Below, piece by piece: positions 13,839 to 26,095 of a DNA stretch of 64,000 bases. The notes beneath the pieces are model-generated. The model was not told the origin of the DNA. It saw nothing but the letters and a program-made list of their open reading frames with translations, and did not search any database. This DNA comes from Octopus sinensis (taxonomy: Eukaryota). The stretch covers positions 28,334,001 through 28,398,000 of the forward strand of contig NC_043002.1 of NCBI RefSeq assembly GCF_006345805.1, given 5' to 3'. The translations under genes and the position numbers were made by a program. Within the stretch, counting starts at the first letter, position 1. Each line of letters starts with the position of its first letter.

Positions 13839-14419
13839 TCAAGCAAACATATAGTCGCTGATTTTCCCCCTTCGACCAAATTTTGGGCTTTGTGCCTAGA
13901 GTAGAAAAGAATATTTGTTTCAACAAATATCAGGAATCTAGCAAAACAAATTCATAAACGTATTTCTGTTCTATTTCTTCAACTTCTTAATTTGCTTCCA
14001 TTTCTTCTACATCTACTCCGTCCCATTTTCCTTTTCCCTCCTTTTTACCTATTTCTTCTTCTTCTTCTTCTCTTCTTCTTCTTCTTCTTCTTCTTCTTCT
14101 TCTTCTTCTTCTTCTTCTTCTTCTCTTCTTCTCTTTCTCTTCCCATCTCTCCTCTTCTCTCTCTCTTTTCCCTATCTTTCTCTCTCGCTATCCCCTTTTC
14201 TCTTACTCACCCACCCACCCACCCTCTCTCTCCTCTCTCTCTCTCTCTTTATCTATCTATCTATCTCTATCCCTCACTCTCTCTTTCTCTGTTCGTCTTT
14301 CTCTTTCCACTTTTTTTATAATGTGTTTTTTTTTCTCTCTGCTGTAATTTTAGCTCTTTCATTCTTTTCAGTTTCTTTTATTTTTATTTTCTACATCTAC
14401 AATTAATACTTCTACTACA

Positions 14420-14508
14420 ACCACTAATTTGAACTCAGAACATGAGGAGAGGTGAAATGCCGCTAAGCATTTTGTTAAGCGTGCTAACAATTCTGCCAGC
14501 TAGCCGCC

Positions 14509-14576
<68 letters not shown>

Positions 14577-14762
14577 CATGTCTACTATAGGTACAAAGCT
14601 TGGAATTGGGTGGGAGGATAATCGATTATATCGACTCCAGTATTTCACTGGTACTTATTTTATCGATCTCGAAAGGATGAAAAGCAAAGTCGACCTCGAC
14701 AGATCTCATAACGTAGCAACGGGCGAAATACCGCTAACGATTCTTCCAGCTCGCAGCCTTAA
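14420..14762 (-). mobile_element. Two head-to-tail SINE A copies separated by (AAT)n
   Basis: Head at 14420-14510, (AAT)n at 14511-14577, second copy at 14578-14762. Confidence 0.7.
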
Positions 14763-14803
14763 GAATGATAATGAGTATGATAATAATGATGATGATGATG
14801 ATG

Positions 14804-14872
<69 letters not shown>

Positions 14873-15689
14873 TAATAATAATAACAACAACAACAACGAG
14901 GATGATAATGACGATGTTACTATTGCATTCAAATGGTTTCCTATTAGATATTCTAAGATAATTTTTTACCCCTTCTCTACTCCTGTACATCTTCTCCACC
15001 TCCTTCTCCGCCTTCCCTCCTTCCTCCCCTCTTCCACTTCTTCCTATGTTCTAATCCTGAAATATTAAAAAAAGGTATGAGGGGGGTCTCCACCGGTGCT
15101 CCAGCATGACTGCAGTCCAATGATGGAAACATTCAAAGAACCAAAAACTCACCTCTCCTCATTATTCTGTTTCTTCTGGAATTTTCTTCTTCATCCATTT
15201 CTCCACAGTTACCTATATACTACATCGCCATATTTCTTCTACTTTCACTTTTTACATCCCTTCTTCATTTATTTATTCCCATTCCTCCCTCTCACCTTTA
15301 TATGTTTGGTTTCAGTATTTTACTCTTTAATCCTCATCTGAATTCTTTTGAAAATATTTTTCATTGAATCCGTTTTGCTTTTTCTCGTTCCTAAGCACAA
15401 GCATTCCTCAAAAGGAGCTGTAACACCTTGTTCAGAACATTATACGAAATTCAGGGTCTGATGTGTATCTGGAGTGGTCTGTATAATAATACAGGTAATG
15501 GAAAAGGTAAACGAAAGATTGATTTTTAATAAAGTCAAAATGGAGTCATTGATAAAAAAAAAAAGTTTGAGAATCACATCTCTACGTCATTAAACAATTT
15601 TCTATTGTAATTATTATTATTCTAGAGTCAATTTAATCGACTATACCGCTCCGCCAAAATGTCAAGCCTTGTGCCTTTACTAGAAAGGA

Positions 15690-16167
15690 TTATTATCATT
15701 ATTGAGATTGCAGTGTATGCCATCAAAGAGTCACTGGGGTAAAATGAAAATTCACAGCTTATTTTGCTGGGTATGATAAAGTGATGTTTGTTTACTGGTC
15801 GGTTTTCAAGAACCCCGCGAAGAATTCTTGCAGTTCCAAGCAATGCTGATTTTTGTAGGTGTTCTACCTTCGCACTTGCACCAATCTTTTTCAGCCATAT
15901 TGGTAGTTGAGTGCTGATAGTTCCTAGTACACCAATTACCATTGGTATCACGCCTACTCTCCTCATTGACCACAACCTTCGTATATCCCGCTTCAAATCG
16001 TCATAGTTGTTTATATTTTCTTCTTTTGTCACACTGACCTTGTTGTCACTGAGGCATGCTATGTCGATTATTAGGCATGTTCTTTGTTTTTTAATCACAA
16101 CAATGTCTGATTTCCGATATCTGGTGAGGAGATCGCCCTGGATCATTGCATCCCACAGGATTTTGCA
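15690..16167 (-). pseudogene. R4/Dong-like REL endonuclease domain and 3' end
   Basis: ILWDAMIQGD...KSDIVVIKKQRTCLIIDIAC...YDDLKRDIRRLWSMRRVGVIPMVIGVLG...LQKSALLGTARILRGVL matches the PD-(D/E)xK REL C-terminal pattern. Confidence 0.85.
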
Positions 16168-16218
16168 ATAATAATAATAATAATGATAATAATGATAATA
16201 ATAATAATAATAATAATG

Positions 16219-16310
<92 letters not shown>

Positions 16311-18240
16311 GTTGATACATCTTGTGATGGTGTCACAATAAAAACACTGGTGATTGCGCAACCTGATAATCGCTACCTCATATGAGTGACAATGAAAAAA
16401 CAAAATATTGTGAATAATTGTGATAATGAAACTGAAACCAATGATGGTGACAGTGTTGCACACGGTAGGCTCAGAGATTCTGGTCCGGCTACAGCCTGTT
16501 GATATCCAGAAAGGGACCACCACACACGGCATAGATGGAGCAAGCAAATTAATGCTGTGGTCATGGTGTGTTACTACTTGAGCAGCGCGGTAGATGAAAA
16601 TGGTGCTCAAATTAGGGGTTACTGACAACGTATGTAACATCCTTGGATAGGAAAGGGATTGTTTCAACTCACGGAACAGAGACTATGTGATTAAGCGAGA
16701 GCAATAAGAAAAAAATGTTGGTTCACAGAAGTAGAGCTCGAAGCTATCAAAAGACGGGTCATGGACAATAGCAGCATAGATAAGAATGAAAATACAGTTC
16801 TTACTAATAAGAGTAATCTCATAGCACAGGAAGGAGCAGTGGTAGTTTACTTAATGAAAGACATATAAATGATCTAAAAGAAGACGGTAAATCTAATAGC
16901 GACATGACAGATGAACAAAAGGCAATCTACAACAGAATAAAGGCAAGACTACAGGAGGACGATAGCGACATTATTTGCAAACTTGAAGAGGTTGATCGAT
17001 GGAAATTGAACCAAGAAACGAAAAATGCCAATGAAATTCTGAAATACATCAGAACAAACAACATCACAGAAACAAATACTTTGACCAAGGCTGCAAGTAT
17101 TGTTGTAGCAGAAAATGTGGGTGTTGATGTCAAGAAAAAGAAACAAAATGGGGGTGACAAAAGAAAAGATCCATGGTGGAAAAGAAGAATCTTGGCAAGG
17201 TTAGACATGCTTTCGAAGGAAATCTCTGTGTTTGACCGAAAAGAGAAAGGGGAGCTTAAAACCGAACAAAAATACGGGGCGCTGAAAAGGAAATATAATG
17301 CTGAAAGAAAGGGCTTGAAAGTAGCAATGGAGGAACTGAAACAGCGCCTCATTGCAAAGAAAGTAAAGATGGTAAGATACGACCAAAGAATGAAGGGTTA
17401 CCGCCAGAATAGATTATTCAGAGTAGATCAGAAGAGATTCTATAAAGAATTAGATGGAGAGTGTACTGATGAAAAGTTGATACCATATAACATTGAAAGT
17501 CAAAGGTGTTGGGATGACATCTGGAACAAAGACAAGGAGCACAAGAAGAATGCTGAATGGTTGCAAGAACTGTACAAATCAGGTAGAACTAGTCATTTCA
17601 GTTAGGGAAGTGAAGGAAATCAGTAAAAAAATTAGCAACTGGAAGACCCCGGGACCAGATGGAGTTCAACGCTACTGGATCAAAAGATCTGGTGAATGTT
17701 ATGCAGGAATAGTTGCGCAACTCAATGCCTTGTTAAATTCCGACCAAGTAACACAAGAGTGGTTGACATTGGGTAGGGACAGTGTTGTACCTGAAAGACA
17801 TCGCAAAAGGCAATACAGTAGACAATTACAGGCGGATATCCTGTTTGCCACTTATATGGAAGTTATTGACTGGAATACTCGCAGAGTCAATGTACGAACA
17901 TCTGGAAAAAAATGGAGCCCTGTCACATGAGTAGAATGGTTGCACGCGTACGTGCAGAGGGACCAAAGATCAACTCCTGATAAAGACTGCAAGACGAGGA
18001 AAAGTAACTTAGCCATGTCATGGATCGACAATCGTAAGGCGTACGATATGATCCCACATTCTTGGATTATGGAGTGTATGAACTTATTTGGGTATTGCAT
18101 CGAATGTTGAGCGATTGCTTGGAAAAAGTATGGCGAACTGGAGGACGGACCTGACAAATACAAGAAGTTTAGGGACAGTAGAAATTAGGAGGGGTATCTT
18201 CGAAGGGAACTGCCTGTCCCCACTGATCTTTGTAATGTGC
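16311..18240 (+). mobile_element. R4/Dong-like retrotransposon 5' end, N-terminal domain and RT motifs (disrupted)
   Basis: RWSKQINAVVMVCYY...TEQRLCD*ARAIRK (R4/Dong N-terminal motif), [68 protein letters not shown]. Starts immediately after (AAT)n. Confidence 0.85.
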
Positions 18241-18535
18241 AATCTATCCCTGCTACTGTTAGGTTTCTCTGTTTAGCTTTTACTTCATGTAGAACTGCTT
18301 TGTCTATGTATAATAGATTGTGCGTTCCTCTATCTTTCTTTCTGCAATCCTTCTGTTCTTCTCGCAGTTAATTCTGGTTGTCAAGGTGATTGTAAATGCT
18401 TTCTGAAAGCATTCCTGTTAACAGCTTTCATACTAATAGTAAGCAAGTGATTGGTCTAAAGTTACTACCTGTATTACCCTTGCTTTCATAAGGAGTATTG
18501 TCCTCCCTCTAGTCATCCAGTTTGGTACAGTGAAT
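18240..18535 (-). pseudogene. Second R4/Dong-like RT fragment, opposite orientation
   Basis: Manual translation NFRPITCLLLV*KLLTGMLSESIYNHLDNQN*LREEQKDCRKKDRGTHNLLYIDK...RNLTVAGID. Confidence 0.8.
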
Positions 18536-18619
18536 CGTGATTTAATGAAATAGCAAATGAGATAGCTAAGATTAGCAAAGAAAGTCAAACCTCCACGCAT
18601 AATTCTAGCAAACACAATG

Positions 18620-19560
18620 CCATGTGTGACAGACTTCATTTAGTGATTAACGGCTACCGAAATTTCGCTGGTGTTTCAAAAGTGTTGCATGAAAGTTACC
18701 AGAATGTTGCACGAAAATATTCTCAGATATTTTCTCAGCCGCCTATTGTAGACTTTAGACGGAATAAAAATATAAGAGAACAATTGATCTCTATTTCTGA
18801 CTCCAAGAAAACTAGCATTGGGATATCTGCATTGGAAAAACAGCTGCAAGAGAGGTAAGCCCTGTTTATTGTGCAACAACAGGAGTTGAGTGAATTCCAT
18901 CAGGAATCATAACAGAAATGTTATGATTTATACAGAAGGTGGGACATGTAGAGATTCCCATTTGGTGTACGCGGCAGAAAGCACGAAACACAACTTCATG
19001 TATGTTGGTTGTACAACAGAATAATTAAACAAAAGATTTAATTGGCACAGATATGACGTCAGGCACAATAACTATAGTTAGACAGAACTTGCCGAATATT
19101 TTGTTTCAAACGGCTGCAATATTGGAAAAGGCTTGAAAGTGGATATTCTCAGAAAATATTCTGAATCTGCTTCCCTTTCAATACTCAAATTGCATGACGA
19201 GAAAATATGCTTGCGGGTTATTAACATCACGCTCTGGAGGAATGAATAAAATGACAGGAGATAATATGATCAAATTTACACAAAACTGTTTCATTGAATA
19301 TTCTTCTTTTTCCTTTCCTTTTTTTCATGCTTTTTTCCGTCTTTTTCTTTTCGCCAGTTTTAAAATTGAAACTTAAAAACTAATGATGTCATTCCATCAA
19401 CGTGTGGATGCTAGTTGCTCTCGTTCATACTTTAGATTTGAATTTCTATAATTTTGAATTTTTTCACATTTTATTTTGAGCTCGACAAAGATAGGCTTGC
19501 TGTTAAAACATCGTTCAACCAATAAAATATCTATTGTATTCGCATCGCGCTCTTCGTCTT
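18620..19560 (+). pseudogene. Penelope-like element GIY-YIG endonuclease relic and 3' region
   Basis: PPIVDFRRNKNIREQL, then LVYAAESTKHNFMYVGCTTE*LNKRFNWHRYDV (GIY-YIG bipartite motif with R..H). Confidence 0.7.
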
Positions 19561-19637
<77 letters not shown>

Positions 19638-19638
<1 letters not shown>

Positions 19639-19890
19639 CCATCCATTCTACTGGGAGCACAAGGCCTCAGATTTGGGGGAATTTGAACTTAGAACGTAAC
19701 TGCAGACGAAATACCGCTAAGCATCTCGCCAGGTGTGCTAACAATTCTGACAGCTTGGCGCCTTAATAATAATAATCTTTTCTACTCTAGGCACAAGGTT
19801 CGAAATTTTGGGGAAGAGGGGCCAGTCGATTACATCGACCCCAATACGCAACTGGTACTTAATTTATCGACCCCGAGAGGATGAAAGGCT
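19638..19890 (-). mobile_element. Two head-to-tail SINE A pieces separated by a short (AAT)n
   Basis: Tail and head at 19638-19764, AATAATAATAAT spacer, second copy at 19777-19890. Confidence 0.7.
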
Positions 19891-19894
19891 AAGT

Positions 19895-20123
19895 TGGGTT
19901 ACTCGATCTGAAGAAAATTCTAACTGGGCTCCACCTGCAAGGTCATGTGCTGTTTATCTTGATATGAGATCACCATGTCGCGCACATATGGTTGTGATGC
20001 ATGTGCCTGGTGTACCCTTATCAGACGGGTAGTCATGATGGGTATACTGGGCTTCGTATATTTTACCCCAGTGTCACTTTGATGGCATGCTCTGCTCACT
20101 CACTCAATAATAATAATAATAAT
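19895..20123 (+). mobile_element. Repeat family D (non-coding, ends in (AAT)n), 5'-truncated
   Basis: Homologous to inverted copies at 50405-50965 and 52262-52840. Ends TTTTACCCCAGTGTCACTTTGATGGCATGC...CTCAATAATAAT. Confidence 0.75.
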
Positions 20124-20499
20124 TTGTTTACGTCATTTGTACATTTTCTTTTTCCTACTTCATATTCTACATTTTCCTCCCCTGTTATTTTTACTTTTTC
20201 TCCACCTCCCCTCCCCTCCTCTTCTTTCTCTTTTACTTCCTCTTCTCTTTCTGCTCGTCTACCTCTACTGCAACCTCTATATTTTCTTCTTTTTCTTCCT
20301 TTCTATTGAATCCTTTCTTCGACTTCCTTACCCTCCTACTCACAATCATTTTCTTTCATTTTTCTTCTACATTTGACATTTTCTTCGTCATCTCATCTTC
20401 CCCATTGCTCTCCTCAACTCATTCCTCTCTTTCCAATTCTTCTTCCACCGTGATCGTTTCTTCCAACTATACCCTTTTCTTCCACCTCCTCTTCTTCTC

Positions 20500-20850
20500 C
20501 TTATTTTCCTACCTTTCCCTTCCAGTCTTACTCTCTCTCTCTCTCTTCCTTCCACTCTCCCTTTCTCTCCCTTCCGCTCTCTCTCTCTCTTCCTTTCACC
20601 CCCCCTCTTTCTCTCCCTTCCACTCTGTCTCTCTCTCTCTTCCTTCCACTCTCTGTCTCTTCCTTCCACTCTCTCTCTTCCTTCCACTCTCTCTCTTCCT
20701 TCCACTCTCTCTCTTCCTTCCACTCTCTCTCTCTCTTCCTTCCACTCTCTCTTTCTCTCCCTTCTACTCTCTCTCCCTCTTTATCTGTCTCTCTCTGTCC
20801 CTCCCTCTTTCTCTCTCCCTCTCCCCTCTCTCTGTCCCTCCCTCCCTCGA
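20500..20850. repeat. CT-rich low-complexity tract with an ~18-bp unit (CCTTCCACTCTCTCTCTT)
   Basis: Visible tandem units at ~20655-20750. Confidence 0.85.
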
Positions 20851-21269
20851 AACCAGACTACAATAACCTACTTGAGAAACATGAAATAATCACAATTTAC
20901 TCTTTCTTCCTTTTTTTACTAGTCTCATGAATATTCATTTCCGCTAATAATTTTTTAATTATTCTTAATTCAATTGACTTGCTTCTATGATTTCCAGTTT
21001 CGTACTTCTCCAGAATCTACCTTCGTTCTGTCAGCCTGGCATTTCTTCATTTCCTTCAATCGTTATTTCTTTCCTTTACTTCCACCTTTCCCTCCGACCC
21101 TATCTTTTATCATATTCTTCTGTCATATCTTACGTATCAGTAATTACCAAAGATTTACGGTGATTACTAAGAAAAAAAACCCCTGCTAATGAGATGGAAA
21201 TGTTGTCTAAGTATATTCAGGTTAACGGTTAGGTGGAGAGGGGTGATGAGCATAGTAATTTGCTACTGT

Positions 21270-21499
21270 TGTAGTTGATGATGATGATGATAATGATGAT
21301 GATGGTGGTGTTATTGCTGTTGTCGTCGTCGTCGTTGTTGTTGTTGTTGTTGTTGTTAATGATGCTGTGGATGGTCTTTTGTTTTTGCAATTCTATTAAA
21401 TTCTCTCTTTGCTCTTGTCGCTATTGCTTCTGCTGCTGCTGCTACTGCCACTGCAGGTGTTACTGATGATGATGACGATGACGATGATGATGATGATGG

Positions 21500-21532
<33 letters not shown>

Positions 21533-21646
21533 CGATGATGATGATGACGATGATGATGATGATGGTGATGGTGATGATGATGATGGTGATGATGATGGTG
21601 ATGATGATGATGATGATGAAGATGATGATGATGATGGTGATGATGG

Positions 21647-21730
<84 letters not shown>

Positions 21731-21762
21731 CGATGGTTATGATGATGATGACGATGGTGATA

Positions 21763-21830
<68 letters not shown>

Positions 21831-21894
21831 GATGGTTATGATGATGATGACGATGGTGATAATGATGAAGATGATGATGGTGATGGTGATGATG

Positions 21895-21926
<32 letters not shown>

Positions 21927-21939
21927 GACGATGATGATA

Positions 21940-21970
<31 letters not shown>

Positions 21971-22035
21971 CGATGATGATAATGATGATGATGATGATGA
22001 TGATGATGGTTATGATGATGATGACGATGGTGATA

Positions 22036-22089
<54 letters not shown>

Positions 22090-22296
22090 GTGATGGTGAT
22101 GATGATGATGGTAATGATGATGATGACGATGATGATGATGATGACGGTGATGATGACAACGATGTCGACAACGACAACGATGATTTGTTGTGTTCGACCA
22201 TTTTTTTTTTTGACATTTTATTGATTGTTCCTGATACTGAAAGTGGGTTTGGCCAGAACAAAGTATTGCAAATGAACATCGTGAAGGTGACGATGT

Positions 22297-22330
<34 letters not shown>

Positions 22331-22570
22331 AACGACGATGACGAGGACGATGATGATGATGATGATGATGATGACGTCGACGACCGTGACGGCGGCGGCG
22401 TTGGTGGTGGTGGTGGTGGTGGTGGTGGTGATGATGATGGCGGTGGTGGCGGCGACGGCGGTGGTAGTGTAATCGTTCTGTTGCAGTTGCAAGTTTTGAT
22501 GGTAATTTCTTTATTGTAATGATACTGCTGATGATGAGGGTAATGATGAGGATGATGATTATGATGGCCA
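21270..22570. repeat. Very long imperfect (GAT)n array with GTG/GAC/AAT variants
   Basis: Directly visible. Produces the poly-M, poly-H and poly-S ORFs. Confidence 0.95.
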
Positions 22571-22751
22571 TGACGATAATGAAGAACGATCATGATGACA
22601 GCAATTATATCAGCTGTAAGAGAATAGCATGTGTGTGTGTTTATGCATGACCATATGTATGTATTTATGCATATGTGTTTATATGTACGCATGCTTATTC
22701 ACCTTTGCACATGTATACATGTTTATATATACATATGTATGCGTACACGCT

Positions 22752-22885
22752 GTGGAGACATGTGGCCAAGTGTTCAGAGTGTTCAATTCATGATCGTAAG
22801 ATTGTGGTTTCAACTCTTTGACCAGGCGACTCTTTGTGTTCTTGAGCAAAACACTTCATTACACGTTGCCTCAGTCCCATTCAGG
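22752..22885 (+). mobile_element. SINE family E, degenerate 5' part
   Basis: GTGGCCAAGTGTTCAG...GATCGTAAG...GTGTTCTTGAGCAAAACACTT...CACGTTGC, similar to 11726-11850. Confidence 0.6.
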
Positions 22886-23193
22886 GAGTTAAATATATAT
22901 ACGCCACGGAAACTGGAAACCGGCCATTACGACCCCATAGTGCTCGAGAAGGATGCCTTATAGTATATGTGTACACACACACACACACACACACACCACA
23001 CACACATGGTTGAAAGCAGAGATGCTATTGTATATGTAAATATCATGATATTTAACGTTTTGAACGTTTTATATTATTGACAGTACCTTCGACAGGTTGT
23101 AGACTTAATCTCTTGATTAGGTATGTCCTTTAAGATTTTGAGAAGCCCAACTTCTCAAGATTGGTACCAAGGCAGTTAGTCATCTAACCAAAT

Positions 23194-23349
23194 CAGGGCC
23201 GTCTTAGCAACATCATAGGACTCAGGGAAATCAAAGCACTCTACTCTATATGATTTATTGACAGCAAGCCGCAGTATACGTAGATCAGAATTATGCCCCT
23301 AGACCCGTACGGCAAATTTCCAGTGACCCTAAGATTTAAGATGGCACTG
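23194..23349. mobile_element. Small hAT-like MITE
   Basis: TIRs CAGGGCCGTCTTA and TAAGATGGCACTG (11/13 complementary). Flanking 8-mers AACCAAAT and GACCAATT (6/8) suggest an 8-bp TSD. Confidence 0.5.
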
Positions 23350-24374
23350 GACCAATTTTTTCAATAATATAATCTAAAATAAAAGACCTGATGGAGTACC
23401 TGCAGACTTCTTGTCAGTTCAGCATATTAAACGCTTTTACTAAACACCTTTACTTTAACCTCGTGGGTAACTGATTTCAACGACAGTGGGAAATTTTCTG
23501 TTCTTTGTCTAAGGTTATTAAATCTAATTTGTTACATTTGAATTTTATTGAAGTCTTGACAGAAATATTTCACAAATACTCTTTCATATTATATGTGATT
23601 ATATTATCCATGTTTGAGTTCTTTCTACAAGTTTCGCTATATAATTTTCTAACACGAAATTATTCCTTGATGATATTTTCAGATATGAGTAAAATTCTCG
23701 TCGTTGATTCCAAAAATTAAGCAGTCTTATCAAGGTGATCTGCTTGTATCCCTATCCCTTTTGTGCATCAGTTATTTTGATATATCTTTTGTTTTTGTAT
23801 TGCCAAAGCACATTTTTCAACCTGAGAGTATATGTCCCGGTGTAACTGAAGAATAAACTGTTATATAAATGTTGCTGTGACTTAACAACTTTCTGGGAAT
23901 ATTGTACTACATGACCTTTTCTGATGGTGTGCTACTGTTGAGTTATTCAACCTCTTTGAGTGGATATTATCAGTATATGGAGTTATGTATGTGTATGTAT
24001 GCATGTGTAGACACATATGTGTGTGTTGTGTGTGTGTGTGCGTGTGTACATGTGTGTATGTGTGCGTGCGTGCCTACATATTGTGTGTATGTATGTATCT
24101 ATGTATGTTTGGATAGATGAATAGATGAATGGGTAGCTGGGTGGATGGATGGATGGATGGATGGATGGATGAATGGATGGATGGATGGATGGATGGATAG
24201 AAAGATATTTTTCTCAGATAACCATTCATCTCAAGAGTTTTGAAATGTCTTACTTTGGTTTTGTTGACAGTACTAGTCTACTATAATTGTAGAATTCCGT
24301 TCGAGAGTGACAGTCCTGGTTGCACTAACTGCATTTGAAGGAAGTCGCTGCTTTCACTCTCCTGGGGTGTATAA

Positions 24375-24600
24375 TTTTTCTTCAACAGCAACACTCAGCT
24401 TCCTTTTGGTTTTTAAAAAAATTCTGCCCTGTTCTAACCTCCAGCAAGAATGATCACATGCACTGTGATCACATGCCAAATTTCTGCAACCATGTTCAGT
24501 GACTTCATTCTTTGATATGAAGATGTGGTCGTCCTAGCGTTTTCTTGCCAGAAGAGAGTTCCCTATAGAAATGCTTTCTGGGAGCTTGCATGTGAACTAA
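24375..24600 (-). pseudogene. RTE-clade LINE ORF C-terminus relic
   Basis: Manual translation PRKHFYRELSSGKKTLGRPHLHIKE (cf. RTE PK.LLYGEL..GKR..GRP.LR.KD). Confidence 0.55.
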
Positions 24601-25896
24601 CCAACGGAGATGTCATTATGGGATTTACTCTGATGATATACACTGTCATTACATTCATCTTAGAGTTTTTATTTGCATTCCTCTTTGTGATTGCTTCGGG
24701 TTTTTCCCCTTCCGAAAGCTTGCAACAGTAACATCTGCTGAAGACTTATAAAAGTCCATATGGTGGTGACGAGCCGATTTATGTATCAAATTTACAATAA
24801 ACAAAGCCATGGCGGAATTTGAACCCAAAATACAGAGAACCAGAAACAAAGATCGCGGGGAAACCGATACCTGGACCTCAATGTTTATCAGTCTGAAAAC
24901 TACATTTTTGCAAATACACAAAAACTAAACTAAAAATCAGAATCACTTCAGTGTTTCGCAAACTGCGTTAAATGCAGCGACATACTAATTAGCAGCTAAT
25001 TAACAAAGCAAATGAAAAATGTCAAATTTTCGCTAATTTAGAAAATCTTCGCTGGTTCTTATTAATTTATTAGTTCTTCTATTTGAATAAACTCCTCCCC
25101 CATTTTTCCATCTTTTTCCTCGAATTCCTACTTGTGTTTCACATTCAGCATTAACATTTAGTTTTGTTAAAATATTTATTGAGAAGCAAATGGTATACAA
25201 TAGATGGACAGAAATACATAGCCATATTCGAAACAGAAAGTGTCTGTGTATACATACACACACATAACACACACACACAACACACACACACACACACAAA
25301 CACATACACACACAAACACACACACAAACACACACACAAGCATACATACATATATATATGTTTGTGTATGTATATATGTTTGTGTATGTATATATGTATA
25401 CATGCATAATGAAACTATACATGTGCATGTATATATGTATGTGTTCACACATATAGATATGTTATATATATTGATATATACACATATACATATACATATA
25501 TATATACATAAACTATAAACATACATACATACGAAATACACACGGATACACTCTTAAATTGAAAGCAATGAAACAATCCTGCACGCCTCGTACATGTGAA
25601 CATGTGAACACACTAACCTATTCACATATCTTGCACCAAGCAAGGCCTGTTTTGATTTAAAGAAAAGAGCCTTGTCATTTTGTGAGTGACCAGCTTTAAT
25701 TCTGGAAAGGATATTTAAATAAATCCCGAATAAACTTTATGTGCACATATATAAATATAAATGCATGCATAAATTCATACATATACTCTTGCACGAATAG
25801 GTACATTTAGAAGTAGATCAGTTTGTGTCTTTGCTTGTATACAAGCAGGTAGGTAGCTAGATGGATAGATAGTTACATTGATAGATATTTACATGT

Positions 25897-25994
<98 letters not shown>

Positions 25995-26095
25995 TAATTT
26001 ATTCTATGTAATGCATTGAATACTATGGTTTACTACTTGACATTATTTAATTTGGAGTTTTATTTCAGTTTTGTGTACTTTTTATTTATAGTATA

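Noticed and set aside
22185-22290. Unique island inside the (GAT)n array as a possible micro-exon (ends GAAG/GTGACG)
   Set aside because: Weak acceptor site, no recognisable protein similarity and no supporting exons. It needs RNA-seq to revisit.
21409-22692. Long poly-Met, poly-His and poly-Ser ORFs (271 and 410 aa)
   Set aside because: They are translations of the (GAT)n array, which lacks stops in several frames. No coding signal.
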